From Gammaproteobacteria bacterium (GTDB taxonomy: Bacteria > Pseudomonadota > Gammaproteobacteria > JAJFKG01): DNA of 64,000 bases. The stretch lies in the NCBI GenBank assembly GCA_965116795.1, contig OZ220716.1:426503-490502 (forward strand). Reading direction: 5' to 3'. Shown one piece after another: positions 1 through 10,843 of this stretch. The position numbers and the translations under genes were made by a program. The notes under the pieces are model-generated. The model searched no databases and was not told the DNA's origin. It worked only from the letters and a program-made list of their open reading frames with translations. Each line of letters opens with the position of its first letter. Position 1 is the first letter of the stretch.

Positions 1-2
1 TA

Positions 3-707
3 CAATCCTCAGACGTGTTTTTTTACGTGCTTGCGCGCAAATTAGGTATTGAACGTATGCAAACTATTTTGCAAGCATTTGGTTTTGGTGCACTGACTCA
101 CATTGACATAGGCGAAGAATTAGCTGGAATCGTTCCCGATCCTGCTTGGAAACGGGCACATAAAGGAAAACCCTGGTATCCAGGTGATACATTAATTACT
201 GGGATTGGTCAAGGGTCATTGATAGTCACACCACTGCAAATGGCTAGCGCTAGTGCAACGTTAGCCATGCGTGGTAAACGTTTTAAACCTTACTTGGTGC
301 TCAAACAACAAACCCCTAATTTACAAGATCACTATGCGACACCACTTGCGCAACCAGCAGTTCAATTACCTAATGATGCATGGTCTCATGTTACTCGTGC
401 AATGCAACAAGTGATTACAAGCGCACAAGGTACTGGGTTTCGCTTTGGCCACCCACGCTATTCAGTGGCAGCAAAAACAGGTACTGCCCAATTATTTACG
501 ATTAAACAGAATGAAAACTATGATGATTTGAACGTGCCGGAACGGCTACGTGATCATTCAACGTTTATTGCATTTGCACCAGTTAAACAACCTGAAATTG
601 CCATTGCAGTTATCGTTGAAAACAGTCCGATGGCACCAAATGTGGCACGTAAAGTCATGGATACGTATTTATTACAGTACACTGATAACAAAGTGAAACC
701 ATCATGA
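3..707 (+). CDS. mrdA: Penicillin-binding protein 2, C-terminal part (5' end outside window)
   Basis: SSDVFFY (SxD), GIGQG and KTGTAQ transpeptidase motifs; directly upstream of rodA. Confidence 0.95.
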   Translation, partial: QSSDVFFYVLARKLGIERMQTILQAFGFGALTHIDIGEELAGIVPDPAWKRAHKGKPWYPGDTLITGIGQGSLIVTPLQMASASATLAMRGKRFKPYLVLKQQTPNLQDHYATPLAQPAVQLPNDAWSHVTRAMQQVITSAQGTGFRFGHPRYSVAAKTGTAQLFTIKQNENYDDLNVPERLRDHSTFIAFAPVKQPEIAIAVIVENSPMAPNVARKVMDTYLLQYTDNKVKPS

Positions 708-1843
708 TTAATATATTGCAATACATACTGACTACTCGGCATCAGCATGAATGTCGTCATCAAACACTATTACAACGCTTACATATTGACGGTGTCTTAC
801 TCTGCGGTTTGTTATTATTAGCTGGATTTGGGTTAACTATCTTATTTAGTGCCAGTGGTGAAGAAACGCAGATCGTCTTGCGTCAAGTTATCCGTGTCAG
901 CATTGCGATATGGATCATGTTGCTTGCTGCACAAATCCCACCACATCAATACTACCGCTGGACACCCTGGATCTTTGCCATTGGCTTAATTGGCTTAATA
1001 CTGGTGTTATTAATGGGGCATGTTGGTAAAGGTGCACAACGCTGGTTAAGCCTTGGCATTGTACATTTACAACCATCAGAATTAATGAAACTAGCTATTC
1101 CAATGATAATTGCCTGGTATTTTCATCGACGTCATTTACCACCAAAAACCAAAGATATTATCATCACCGGCATGTTAATGCTGATCCCAGCATTACTGAC
1201 CGCGCGTCAACCTGATTTGGGAACAGCGATTATGTTAATCGCCGCGGGTGGGTTCGTTTTGATTTTAGCAGGCATCGCATGGCAATGGATTATTACCGCT
1301 GTCATTGGTGTCAGTGCACTTATGCCATTTATCTGGCATTTTATGCATGACTACCAACGTCAACGGATATTAACATTTTTAAATCCTGAACGTGATCCAC
1401 TGGGCACAGGCTACCATATTATCCAATCGAAAATTGCAATTGGTTCTGGCGGCTTTTTTGGTAAAGGTTGGTTACACGGCACCCAATCCCATTTAAATTT
1501 CCTGCCAGAACACGCCACTGACTTTATCTTTGCGGTATGTGGAGAAGAATTCGGTTTGCTCGGCTGCCTGATATTATTGATGTGTTATTTCTATATTACT
1601 GGACGTGGGTTGTATATTAGTTTACAGGCACAAGATACATACACTCGGTTATTAGCGGGCAGTCTCAGTTTAACATTTTGCTTATCTGCATTAATTAATA
1701 TCGGTATGGTCAGCGGGATTCTGCCTGTGGTTGGGTTACCACTACCACTGGTCAGTTACGGCGGCACATCACTGGTAACCGTATTTGCTGGATTTGGGAT
1801 CTTAATGTCAATTCATACACATCGTAAGTTACTATCTGGTTAA
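704..1843 (+). CDS. rodA: Rod shape-determining SEDS glycosyltransferase RodA
   Basis: GAQRW, QPSE, QPDLGT, PEHATDFIF and PLVSYGG motifs; about 10 TM segments. Confidence 0.96.
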   Translation: MINILQYILTTRHQHECRHQTLLQRLHIDGVLLCGLLLLAGFGLTILFSASGEETQIVLRQVIRVSIAIWIMLLAAQIPPHQYYRWTPWIFAIGLIGLILVLLMGHVGKGAQRWLSLGIVHLQPSELMKLAIPMIIAWYFHRRHLPPKTKDIIITGMLMLIPALLTARQPDLGTAIMLIAAGGFVLILAGIAWQWIITAVIGVSALMPFIWHFMHDYQRQRILTFLNPERDPLGTGYHIIQSKIAIGSGGFFGKGWLHGTQSHLNFLPEHATDFIFAVCGEEFGLLGCLILLMCYFYITGRGLYISLQAQDTYTRLLAGSLSLTFCLSALINIGMVSGILPVVGLPLPLVSYGGTSLVTVFAGFGILMSIHTHRKLLSG

Positions 1844-1906
1844 ACCTAAATTCCGCATTTGAACTGACGACGAGAAGGGCTAGTTTAACTGCGGAATTTA
1901 GGTTAA
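1841..1906. mobile_element. Short, internally deleted MITE, family A (TIR AACCTAAATTCCGCA...TGCGGAATTTAGGTT)
   Basis: About 23-bp inverted arms with 2 mismatches; shares arms and GACGACGAGAAGG with the copy at 20287-20470. Confidence 0.8.
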
Positions 1907-1924
1907 ATCGTTTTTGCGATTTGA

Positions 1925-1962
1925 GGTGCAACAAAGCCTACAATTCAAGTGCGCAGAGTATA
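1925..1962. repeat. ERIC-like element, right-arm fragment
   Basis: CAACAAAGCCTACAATTCAAGTGCGCAGAGTATA matches the right arms at 8099-8134 and 58481-58514. Confidence 0.7.
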
Positions 1963-2043
1963 GTCTGATTGATTTATATTCTTTTCAAAGTATGCTAGTC
2001 TACATTTAGTGATATTAATGATGAATAAATTACGAGGCAATAC

Positions 2044-3114
2044 ATGAAATACCGACGTATTCTCGCACTATTAGTCATTGCTACCATCAGCTGTTTTCAT
2101 GGTGTGCTTGCCAATACCACATCGAGTAAAACAGCGATCATATCAGCAACACCGCTATTGCAACGATCAGATGTGCAACAATTTATTCAGCAAGTCACTG
2201 ATAACTATCATTTAAATCGTCGTTATATCGAACACGTGATGGCAACAGCACATCTACAAGCTAACGTCATTAATGCAATGAATCGTCCATACGAAGCTAA
2301 ACCGTGGTATATGTACCGTGCGCGTTTCTTAACGCAAGATCGGATTCAAAAAGGAGCGGATTTCTGGCAACAACATGCAGATACACTAGCCAAAGCAGAG
2401 GAAATATATGGTGTGCCTGCCAGTGTAATCGTCGCCATTATCGGCGTTGAAACGTATTATGGTAAACAACGTGGACATTTCTCTGTACTAGATGCATTAA
2501 CAACATTGGCCTTTGAATATCCTAAACGCAGTCGGTTTTTTAAAAAAGAATTAGCTGAATTTTTAGTACTGGCTCACGATAATGGTATTAATCCAACGAC
2601 GGTTAAAGGTTCTTACGCTGGTGCTATTGGACAACCACAATTTATGCCGAGTAGCTATCGACATTATGCAGTTGATTTTGCTCATAATGGACAGATTAAT
2701 TTATTTGATAATACTGATGATGTGATTGGTTCTGTTGCTAATTATTTACGTGAAAATGGCTGGCAACCTAAACAACCTATCGCACAAGCTGTTACGCTAA
2801 GCCGTCAACACAATATACACTTAGCTAACAAACAACTCAAAATGCCTTATACAGTCAATCAATTGCGCAAATGGGGCATACACACTAATGCTAACTTGCC
2901 TGCTGGATTACCGGTTAATATAGTCGGCCTACGCCAAACTAAACAACACGATGAATATTGGTTAGGGTTTCCTAATTTTTACGTGATCACACGTTACAAT
3001 ACTAGCTCATTATATGCTATGGCTGTATACACATTAAGTAATGCCATTTATCAAGAACGTCAACAACAGCTTGTTCAAGACAATACAAAAAACTTAGCTA
3101 AGCAATCATCGTAA
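2044..3114 (+). CDS. mltB: Lytic murein transglycosylase B
   Basis: IIGVETYYG, GSYAGAIGQPQFMPSS and ITRYN motifs; follows rodA. Confidence 0.93.
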   Translation: MKYRRILALLVIATISCFHGVLANTTSSKTAIISATPLLQRSDVQQFIQQVTDNYHLNRRYIEHVMATAHLQANVINAMNRPYEAKPWYMYRARFLTQDRIQKGADFWQQHADTLAKAEEIYGVPASVIVAIIGVETYYGKQRGHFSVLDALTTLAFEYPKRSRFFKKELAEFLVLAHDNGINPTTVKGSYAGAIGQPQFMPSSYRHYAVDFAHNGQINLFDNTDDVIGSVANYLRENGWQPKQPIAQAVTLSRQHNIHLANKQLKMPYTVNQLRKWGIHTNANLPAGLPVNIVGLRQTKQHDEYWLGFPNFYVITRYNTSSLYAMAVYTLSNAIYQERQQQLVQDNTKNLAKQSS

Positions 3115-3118
3115 TCAT

Positions 3119-3889
3119 TCATTGTTTTGTTTTAATAAAAATCGCATCGGCTACTCGATCAAAGCCACTGAGATCTAATACGAAATCACCTACGTTAGCG
3201 TATAGCTGAGTAGAACTGCCTCCATCTAAATTCAATGCATCCTGACACCCTAAGCCACCTTGTTGATTACTTTGACGTGACAGTTTTGCTAAGTCTGTAG
3301 TACTGATCAGTGTGTGTTGAGTCACTGCTAAAATAACCTTGCCTGTTGTCGTAATGCAGACCATCGAGCGTTGTGCAGCTCCTGGTTTTAAACGTAATAC
3401 ATTACCATTTGCTAATAACCGTGGGCCAGCTTGTAATGCAAACGTAACCTGTTCGTCATGCTTAAAGCGACGCTGTGCAACAATATATGGACGATGATTA
3501 CGTATGTAAAAAACACCCCACCAACTAATCGATTTAATCGGTGATCGTTGCTGACCATGCTGAATGCGTAAGCCAAGTGGTTGTGAATTTGGAGTAAAAA
3601 AACCGCCATTAATTGCTAAAACGGCATCATTGACTTGCGCCAATTGCTTAACAGATGCCAATGGTTGTTGGTTATCACGTGCAAATGCCAAATCCAATTG
3701 ATAATCAGCCACATCAATTTGAAAGGCATGCAACGTGCCTTGGGTAAACGCAGTAACAGGTAATGTAATTTGAGTATATTGCAAACCCTTGGCAAGGGTT
3801 CGCCAAGTCACTGGTGATGATTGTGCATAACCAACGGCTATACTGGTTGATAATATGCAACATAAGATTATTTTCTTAGTCACTAACAT
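3119..3889 (-). CDS. Phosphodiester glycosidase family (NAGPA/DUF2233-like) exported protein
   Basis: Signal peptide; AINGGFF, QAGPRL and ALNLDGGSS motifs. Confidence 0.82.
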   Translation of the reverse strand: MLVTKKIILCCILSTSIAVGYAQSSPVTWRTLAKGLQYTQITLPVTAFTQGTLHAFQIDVADYQLDLAFARDNQQPLASVKQLAQVNDAVLAINGGFFTPNSQPLGLRIQHGQQRSPIKSISWWGVFYIRNHRPYIVAQRRFKHDEQVTFALQAGPRLLANGNVLRLKPGAAQRSMVCITTTGKVILAVTQHTLISTTDLAKLSRQSNQQGGLGCQDALNLDGGSSTQLYANVGDFVLDLSGFDRVADAIFIKTKQ

Positions 3890-3929
3890 AAACTATTTAT
3901 TACACCTTTAAAGTTCTGCGTCACTTTTT

Positions 3930-4640
3930 TTAGATTTTTATTTCATCTCTTTTATAAAATAACAGATCCCAAACATTATGCCCACGCTGTAAGCCTCGTT
4001 TTTCAAACTTTGTTTGTGGACGTGTTGCTGGTCTTGGTGAAAATTGGCCAACACCAGCGGCATTGACCCATCCAGGCATTGCGGTTAACAATGCTAATAT
4101 CTCATCTGCATAATGTTGCCAATCCGTAGCAATATGTAAAAAACCATTTGGCTTTAATTGTTGCTGTAACAATGTTAAAAACGGTAATTGCAATAAACGA
4201 CGTTTATGATGACGTTGCTTTGGCCACGGATCAGGAAAAAATATTTGAAAACCATCCCAGGTGTTTTCAGTAAAATGTTGTGTTAATAATACATTGGCGT
4301 CGCCATGTAAAATACGCACATTAGTTATCTGTGCCACATCAATTGCTGATAATAACGCACCAATACCCGGCGAATGCACTTCAATACCGACATAATCAAT
4401 ATCAGAATGTGCCAATGCCATTTGTAACAGTGACTGTCCCATACCAAATCCAACTTCACACACACGTTTTGCATCACGTTGAAAAATTGCGGTTAAATCA
4501 AGTAATGTATTTGCTGTTGGGGTTAATCCGTATCGTGGCCACAGCTGATCAAGTGCTTGTTGTTGACGCGTTGTCATGCGCCCTTGACGTAATACAAAAC
4601 TACGAATGGATCGATATACTGGTGATGAATTGGTCTGCAT
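3930..4640 (-). CDS. trmB: tRNA (guanine-N7)-methyltransferase
   Basis: EVGFGMG, FFPDPWPKQRHHKRRL and TKFE motifs. Confidence 0.96.
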   Translation of the reverse strand: MQTNSSPVYRSIRSFVLRQGRMTTRQQQALDQLWPRYGLTPTANTLLDLTAIFQRDAKRVCEVGFGMGQSLLQMALAHSDIDYVGIEVHSPGIGALLSAIDVAQITNVRILHGDANVLLTQHFTENTWDGFQIFFPDPWPKQRHHKRRLLQLPFLTLLQQQLKPNGFLHIATDWQHYADEILALLTAMPGWVNAAGVGQFSPRPATRPQTKFEKRGLQRGHNVWDLLFYKRDEIKI

Positions 4641-4772
4641 GTTAGCTAGCTATAGTTTTACTATTAATATTGCCTATGTTTTTCAGCAAAATATTATACA
4701 TTATCCTACAAAAAATGTGACTTATTTTGCTAGATTAATTATACCAATTCTTTTAGTATAATGACTACATTT

Positions 4773-4843
4773 GCGGGTGTAGTTCAATGGTAGAACATCA
4801 GCTTCCCAAGCTGAGAACGTGGGTTCGATTCCCATCACCCGCT
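4773..4843 (+). tRNA. tRNA-Gly (CCC); CCA end not encoded
   Basis: GCGGGTG/CACCCGC acceptor stem, TCAGC-TT-CCC-AA-GCTGA anticodon arm, GGTTCGATTCC T-arm; TATAAT at 4757-4762. Confidence 0.95.
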
Positions 4844-4868
4844 CAAGTCAGCTGTTAGGGAGAACATC

Positions 4869-6575
4869 ATGAAAAAAGCGATCAAAATTGCCTTTATTAC
4901 GATTGCCAGCTTACTATTGTTATTGATCATTGGCTTAGTTGTGGTGGTCAACACCATTGACTTAAACGATTATAAATCTCAAATCAGTACCCAAATACAA
5001 CAAGCAACGGGTAGGCCATTAACAATTGATGGTAACATTAACTGGTCGCTATTTCCTTGGTTAGGAATCACAGTAGAGCAAGTAACACTAGGCAATCCAC
5101 GCGATTTTCCTGACAAAACACCACTTGTCGCCGTAGCACAAATTGATATTAGCGTTAAACTGTTATCACTACTATCTGGTCAGGTAGATGTCGATACATT
5201 TGCATTAAAAAAACCAACTATACATTTGATCACATCTAAACAAGGTCATACGAACTTTGATTTTAAACAACATACTGATTCAATCACCATTACACAACAA
5301 TCTAAAGGTTCATCCAGTAGTAACGCACAATCTACCCCATCAACCATTAGCGCAGATGTTCACGATTTGAATATTAGCAGTGGTAAACTTATTTGGGATG
5401 ACAAACAAACTAATCAACGTGCTGTCTTTAATAATATTAATATCACGATCAAACATGCAGGATTAAGTCAATCGCACATCCAGTTAAATACTATTAAATT
5501 TACTGTGAACGCTAGCACATTGCATGGTGACGTTGATATTACTAAACTAACAACTGCACCCAATGCTAAGTTTGATTTACACATCGACACATTAAATCTT
5601 GATCAGTATTTAGAGTCGAAACCACCCACAACTGCACAACAACATACACAATACAATTTTAGTCCAATTGCTACTGCATATGCTGCACCTACAACTACAT
5701 CACCTCCTTGGATAGGCATGTTGCGTCAATTACATGCGAATGGTCAACTGCATATTGATCAACTACAAGCCATGAACTTTCACGCTACTGATGTAACATT
5801 AGGATTACAAGCACGTGCGGGTAAGCTGCAAATAACCCCCATGCAAGCAACTTTCTACAAGGGTACCTATGAAGGAAAATATGTAATCGATGTTAGTTCC
5901 GGAACACCACAAATGACTGCTTCAGAAACATTGCGTAATGTTGCACTACAGCCGATGTTAAAAGATGCATTGGGCAGTACTATGATGACTGGTAAATTAC
6001 AATTTCATATTAATGGGTCTACACACGGATTTACTCAGCAAGCCATGCTGCAAAACATGCAAGGTAACGGCAATTTTCAGGTGGATAATGGTGCACTGCA
6101 AGGCATTGACATCAGGCATCAACTACAATCGATTAGTCAATTTGCTACTGCTGCGAACAAAAAAACATTTCCATCAATACCAGCTGGTCAATCCAGTCGT
6201 GGACAAACTAAATTTACAAAATTATCAGGCAGCATACAGATAAATAATGGCATTGCGCGTAATCATGACTTCATTTTGGCATCACCACAATTCCAAATCA
6301 CCGGAAAAGGGAGTGTTAACTTAGTATCGCAAGCAGTGAACTATCGTTTGCAAATTACTGAAGGTGCTAATGCAAATAAGAGTACGCATCAATTATTTGC
6401 AAAAATTGGCAGTGTGTTAGGCAAAGATCAATTACCGATTTTGATCAGTGGCTCACTAACGCATATGACTGCTTCGCCTGATTGGACATCGATCCAAGGC
6501 AATGTGCTTAAACATCAAGGCAAACAATTATTGCAGGATACGGGTAAACAATTAAAGAAATTACTTAAGTTTTAA
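4869..6575 (+). CDS. asmA: AsmA family protein
   Basis: N-terminal TM then DLNDYK...TGRPLTIDG...WSLFPWLG; asmA-mutY-yggX synteny. Confidence 0.88.
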   Translation: MKKAIKIAFITIASLLLLLIIGLVVVVNTIDLNDYKSQISTQIQQATGRPLTIDGNINWSLFPWLGITVEQVTLGNPRDFPDKTPLVAVAQIDISVKLLSLLSGQVDVDTFALKKPTIHLITSKQGHTNFDFKQHTDSITITQQSKGSSSSNAQSTPSTISADVHDLNISSGKLIWDDKQTNQRAVFNNINITIKHAGLSQSHIQLNTIKFTVNASTLHGDVDITKLTTAPNAKFDLHIDTLNLDQYLESKPPTTAQQHTQYNFSPIATAYAAPTTTSPPWIGMLRQLHANGQLHIDQLQAMNFHATDVTLGLQARAGKLQITPMQATFYKGTYEGKYVIDVSSGTPQMTASETLRNVALQPMLKDALGSTMMTGKLQFHINGSTHGFTQQAMLQNMQGNGNFQVDNGALQGIDIRHQLQSISQFATAANKKTFPSIPAGQSSRGQTKFTKLSGSIQINNGIARNHDFILASPQFQITGKGSVNLVSQAVNYRLQITEGANANKSTHQLFAKIGSVLGKDQLPILISGSLTHMTASPDWTSIQGNVLKHQGKQLLQDTGKQLKKLLKF

Positions 6576-7705
6576 TGAATGATTTACTGAGTAAACTAGC
6601 TACAACTGCACTACATTCCCGCTTATTACCCTGGTTTGCTACATCAGGGCGACATGATTTACCGTGGCAACAACCGATAACGCCTTATCGAGTGTGGGTA
6701 TCGGAGATCATGTTGCAACAAACACAAGTTGCCACGGTTATTCCGTATTTTAAACGTTTCATGGCACGTTTCCCTACAATTGCTGATTTAGCTAGTGCAC
6801 CACTTGATGATGTATTACATCACTGGGCAGGCTTAGGATATTACGCACGCGCACGCAATTTACATCGCAGTGCACAGTTATTACAACAACACTACAATGG
6901 ACAATTCCCAACAACACTGCTTGATATGATGATATTGCCTGGGATCGGACGTTCAACTGCTGGGGCAATTTTGTCACTAGCATTACAACAACCTCATCCC
7001 ATTTTAGATGGCAATGTAAAACGGGTATTAGCACGTACCCATGCGATCGACACGTGGCCAGGTGAGAAACACACACAGCAACAATTATGGGAATTAGCAA
7101 CACACTATACGCCTACGCAAGCAGAACAAGCAGCGACATATACTCAAGCCATTATGGATCTAGGGGCAACCGTGTGTAAACGGGTTAATCCTGTGTGTAG
7201 CAGTTGTCCCCTGCACGATATTTGTCGTGGTCAAACCACACCAACTGTATTTCCTGGACGCAAACCGAAAAAGTGTTTGCCGACTAAACACACGCATTTT
7301 GTGATCTTACAACTTGATACAGATACTGTATTATTAGTTCAGCGCCCCAATCACGGTATTTGGGGTGGTTTATGGTGCTTTCCAGAATGCAATACAGACG
7401 ACATCGCTGACTGGGTACAATACACTTATGACGTACAACCCACTCAGGTCACACCATTCGCTAAGTTTCGACATACGTTTAGTCATTATCATTTAGCGAT
7501 TCAAGCCAGCGTTGTTACCTTGGAGAAAACCCCAACATTACTAGCACAACCTGCCCATATCTGGTATAACTTGACGCAACCTGCTGCAGTAGGTTTAGCA
7601 AAACCAATTAAATCATTATTAACAACACTGTACTCAAAGCGTTTTGAATGTAGGCAAGGCGACGCCAACAAAGACTTACATTTAAAACACGAAGAGCATA
7701 TTTGA
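6575..7705 (+). CDS. mutY: A/G-specific adenine glycosylase, with repeat-derived C-terminal tail
   Basis: [23 protein letters not shown], Hh[12 protein letters not shown]-x6-C-x2-C-x5-C Fe-S motif. Confidence 0.96.
   Translation: MNDLLSKLATTALHSRLLPWFATSGRHDLPWQQPITPYRVWVSEIMLQQTQVATVIPYFKRFMARFPTIADLASAPLDDVLHHWAGLGYYARARNLHRSAQLLQQHYNGQFPTTLLDMMILPGIGRSTAGAILSLALQQPHPILDGNVKRVLARTHAIDTWPGEKHTQQQLWELATHYTPTQAEQAATYTQAIMDLGATVCKRVNPVCSSCPLHDICRGQTTPTVFPGRKPKKCLPTKHTHFVILQLDTDTVLLVQRPNHGIWGGLWCFPECNTDDIADWVQYTYDVQPTQVTPFAKFRHTFSHYHLAIQASVVTLEKTPTLLAQPAHIWYNLTQPAAVGLAKPIKSLLTTLYSKRFECRQGDANKDLHLKHEEHI
7629..7700. repeat. ERIC-like element (internally deleted) inside the mutY 3' end
   Basis: TGTACTCAAAGCGTTTTGAATGTAGGC...GCCAACAAAG...AAAACACGAAGAGCATA matches both arms of 58389-58514. 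Confidence 0.85.
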
Positions 7706-7727
7706 AATATCAGGAGTATGTACTGTT

Positions 7728-8018
7728 ATGAGTCGTGACGTGATGTGCCAAAAATTAGGGCGTAGCGCACCCGGACTTGATTTCCCCCCTTACCCAGGCG
7801 AATTAGGCCAACGTATTTATCAATCGATTTCTAAAGAAGCATGGGATATGTGGTTACGTCATCAGACGATGTTGATCAATGAATACCGCCTAAGCACATT
7901 AGAACCACAAGCACGTGAATTTTTAGCAGCTGAAATGCAAACGTTTTTATTTGGCGACGGTAGTGAACGGCCACCGGGGTTTGTTGAGCCTGATCGTGAT
8001 CCAAATACAACAGAATAA
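7728..8018 (+). CDS. yggX: Oxidative damage protection / Fe(II) trafficking protein
   Basis: [11 protein letters not shown]...ISKEAW...QTMLINE motif; follows mutY. Confidence 0.95.
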   Translation: MSRDVMCQKLGRSAPGLDFPPYPGELGQRIYQSISKEAWDMWLRHQTMLINEYRLSTLEPQAREFLAAEMQTFLFGDGSERPPGFVEPDRDPNTTE

Positions 8019-8048
8019 TACATAACCACTCACATGCAATCGAATGTT

Positions 8049-8134
8049 ATCTACCCAAAGTATTTCGAGATGCCAAGCATAGAGCAAGATCGCGCCGCCA
8101 ACAAAGCCTACAATTCAAGGGCGCCGAGTCTATA
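8049..8134. repeat. Degenerate ERIC-like element
   Basis: TACCCAAAGTATTTCGAGATGC left arm and GCCAACAAAGCCTACAATTCAAG...GAGT right arm. Confidence 0.65.
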
Positions 8135-8138
8135 TTGC

Positions 8139-8167
8139 TTGACGCCGCCACAGACCTCAGGTTTAAT
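8139..8167 (+). promoter_or_regulatory. Sigma70-type promoter of tRNA-Phe
   Basis: TTGACG-N17-TTTAAT, ending 17 bp before the tRNA. Confidence 0.7.
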
Positions 8168-8184
8168 AGCCGGCTTATATAAAT

Positions 8185-8260
<76 letters not shown>

Positions 8261-8282
8261 CCTTGTCTGACTAACTGGCACT

Positions 8283-9860
8283 ATGTTTTTCTTAAAAAAT
8301 CGCACCATTTGGTTATTATTATTGTTCCATTGCTTGTTATGGGTTTTCGTTGTTCACGTATTAAAACCCAACTTAGACGGCTATGGTGAGATGATAGAAG
8401 TCTACGCATGGGGACAACGTTTCATGCTAGGCTCTTTCAAACATCCTCCATTGTCAGGGTGGATAACCCATGCCTGGTTTAGCTTGTTTCCGACTAATAC
8501 CCTCTCCTACTACATCATGGCTTACCTCAATGCCATCATTGGTGTATTAGGGATTTTGACACTCGCACACTTATTCTTAAACCAAGCAACTGCAATTACC
8601 AATACATCAAAAAAATATCATCTATTTATCTTATTAACCCTACTATTTACCTTGCTATCTGGTGCTTACAGTTATGATGCAGGGCAATACAATGCTGATA
8701 AAAGTTTATTATCATTTTGGCCATGGATAACCGTTACCTTTTTCTGGTATCACTATCGATGCGATCAGGTTAAAGCAAAACTCATTGCAATGGTATTGTT
8801 TTCAATATTAGCTGCTGCTGGGATGTTAGCTAAGTATTTCACTGCGGTATTATTGCTATCGTTATTTATCATATCGCTGTTTGACCGCAACATGAGAGCG
8901 AGTTATAAAACGATTTACCCCTACATCGCGATGCTGCTGATAGCCATATTAATACTGCCGCATATACTATGGGAATACCAAATGCATTTCCCGTCTAATC
9001 AATACATCGGTTCTAAATTTGATGGTCATCTTAATGTGCTTCGCATTGCTAGCTTTTTATTGTCGATGTTTTACCAACTCCCGATCGCGTGGTTTGCGTT
9101 TATTTGTTTATGGTGGAAAAGCGCTACTAAAACCAATCGTGATACGGTAACCGAACAACAACTGACTGCTATTAACGTCATCCCAACCAATGTATGGCTT
9201 ATCTGTTTTCTACCGATTGTGATCACGTGCTTACTTGGTCTGTTTTTGCAACTAGGGTTACGACAACACTGGGCATTTCCAGCATGGTTTGCCCTGCCCA
9301 TTCTGATGACATTCTTGTTGATGAATAAACTGGATGTGTTAGACAAAAAACTGCTGATTAATGTATTAAAAACAATATGGGCTGCGGTATTGATATGCAC
9401 ACTGCTCATCCCCGTGTACTATTTGCGAACAGGATATAGCGTATACACAATGGCACGCCAACAAATGGCTGAGGCTATTGCACAACACTTTCAACAACAT
9501 TTTCCTAATCAAACACTGTCTTGGGCAGCAGGTACTTGGCGTGAGCCAGCAACACTAGCCTTCTATTTACCTAATCATCCGATTGCATTGCCTGGTTATC
9601 CCAATCAAATGCCAGCCTTGGTTAATCCCTATCCCAATTGGCACAAAGAATATGGCGTTATCTTATGCTATCATCGTCGCTTTATTGAGACTGAACATGA
9701 TAGGAAATATGATAGCTGTATTCGCGACACAATAGCATGGCTGCAACACAATGATATCGCAGTTAGGCAACAGAAAATTTATTTTCATCCAACAGGATTT
9801 CAATATACAACGATATTTCCAAGAACAGTAACTGCATTTTGGATTGTACCAACTAACTAG
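8283..9860 (+). CDS. ArnT/PMT-like (GT-C) polyprenyl-phosphate-dependent membrane glycosyltransferase
   Basis: About 12 TM helices; E..AWG...KHPPL..W and GMLAKY motifs. Confidence 0.82.
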   Translation: MFFLKNRTIWLLLLFHCLLWVFVVHVLKPNLDGYGEMIEVYAWGQRFMLGSFKHPPLSGWITHAWFSLFPTNTLSYYIMAYLNAIIGVLGILTLAHLFLNQATAITNTSKKYHLFILLTLLFTLLSGAYSYDAGQYNADKSLLSFWPWITVTFFWYHYRCDQVKAKLIAMVLFSILAAAGMLAKYFTAVLLLSLFIISLFDRNMRASYKTIYPYIAMLLIAILILPHILWEYQMHFPSNQYIGSKFDGHLNVLRIASFLLSMFYQLPIAWFAFICLWWKSATKTNRDTVTEQQLTAINVIPTNVWLICFLPIVITCLLGLFLQLGLRQHWAFPAWFALPILMTFLLMNKLDVLDKKLLINVLKTIWAAVLICTLLIPVYYLRTGYSVYTMARQQMAEAIAQHFQQHFPNQTLSWAAGTWREPATLAFYLPNHPIALPGYPNQMPALVNPYPNWHKEYGVILCYHRRFIETEHDRKYDSCIRDTIAWLQHNDIAVRQQKIYFHPTGFQYTTIFPRTVTAFWIVPTN

Positions 9861-9886
9861 ACTTTTAATGTTAGGAATATATTGAC

Positions 9887-10843
9887 ATGTCACATAAGAC
9901 ATTATCAAAAACCATTACACTGATCGTGCCTTTTTTTAATGAAGCCGATAATCTGCTTGCATTTTATCAGTCACTGCAAACGGTATTAGATCAACTATCA
10001 GATTATCAATTCGAATTTATCTTTATTGATGATGGCAGCAGCGATCAGTCAGCTGCTATTGTTACCCAACTACCTACCGGTAATTACCCGGTTAAACTAC
10101 TACAATTGTCACGTAATTTTGGTAAAGAAAATGCGATCACAGCTGGCTTAGATCATTGCCATAGTGATGCAGCGATTATTATTGATGCGGATGGCCAACA
10201 TCCACCCATGCTGATCCCACAGTTCATTCACGCGTGGGAAAATGGCGTTAGCATGGCATATGGCATACAAACTTCCCGAAAAAATGAACCGTTATTAAAA
10301 CGAGTGTTTACCCAAATCTTTTACAACTATCTTAACCGTTTTACCAACATTCATATTCCTAAAAATGCCGGTGATTTTCGCTTATTGGATCGCAGCATCG
10401 TCACTGCACTTAATCAATGCCAAGAAAAGTCGCGTTTCATGAAAGGGCTGTACGCATGGGTTGGCTTTAAATCACTTGGGATACCGTTTGTCGCCGAAAA
10501 ACGTCGTTCTGGAGAAAGCAAATGGAAGCTGCGCCGGCTAAGTTCATTGGCATTAGCTGGGATCACCTCATTCACTCACCTACCGTTACGCATTTGGACT
10601 GTATTTGGCATGCTTATTTCAATCATTGCATTTTGTTATGGCAGTGCAGTGGTGATTAATACGATTATCTCCGATCACAAGATCCCTGGGTATGCAACCA
10701 TTGTTACCGCTGTTTTCTTCTTTGGTGGCATTCAATTGTTATCCATCGGCATTTTAGGCGAATACATCGGCAGAATATTCATTGAAGTAAAACAGCGACC
10801 AGGCTATATCATTGCAAACAAATACGGATTTGATAATGATTAA
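9887..10843 (+). CDS. GT2 undecaprenyl-phosphate glycosyltransferase (GtrB/ArnC-like)
   Basis: VPFFNE, DDGSSD, SRNFGKE, DADGQHP and GDFRLLDR motifs; two C-terminal TMs. Confidence 0.92.
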   Translation: MSHKTLSKTITLIVPFFNEADNLLAFYQSLQTVLDQLSDYQFEFIFIDDGSSDQSAAIVTQLPTGNYPVKLLQLSRNFGKENAITAGLDHCHSDAAIIIDADGQHPPMLIPQFIHAWENGVSMAYGIQTSRKNEPLLKRVFTQIFYNYLNRFTNIHIPKNAGDFRLLDRSIVTALNQCQEKSRFMKGLYAWVGFKSLGIPFVAEKRRSGESKWKLRRLSSLALAGITSFTHLPLRIWTVFGMLISIIAFCYGSAVVINTIISDHKIPGYATIVTAVFFFGGIQLLSIGILGEYIGRIFIEVKQRPGYIIANKYGFDND

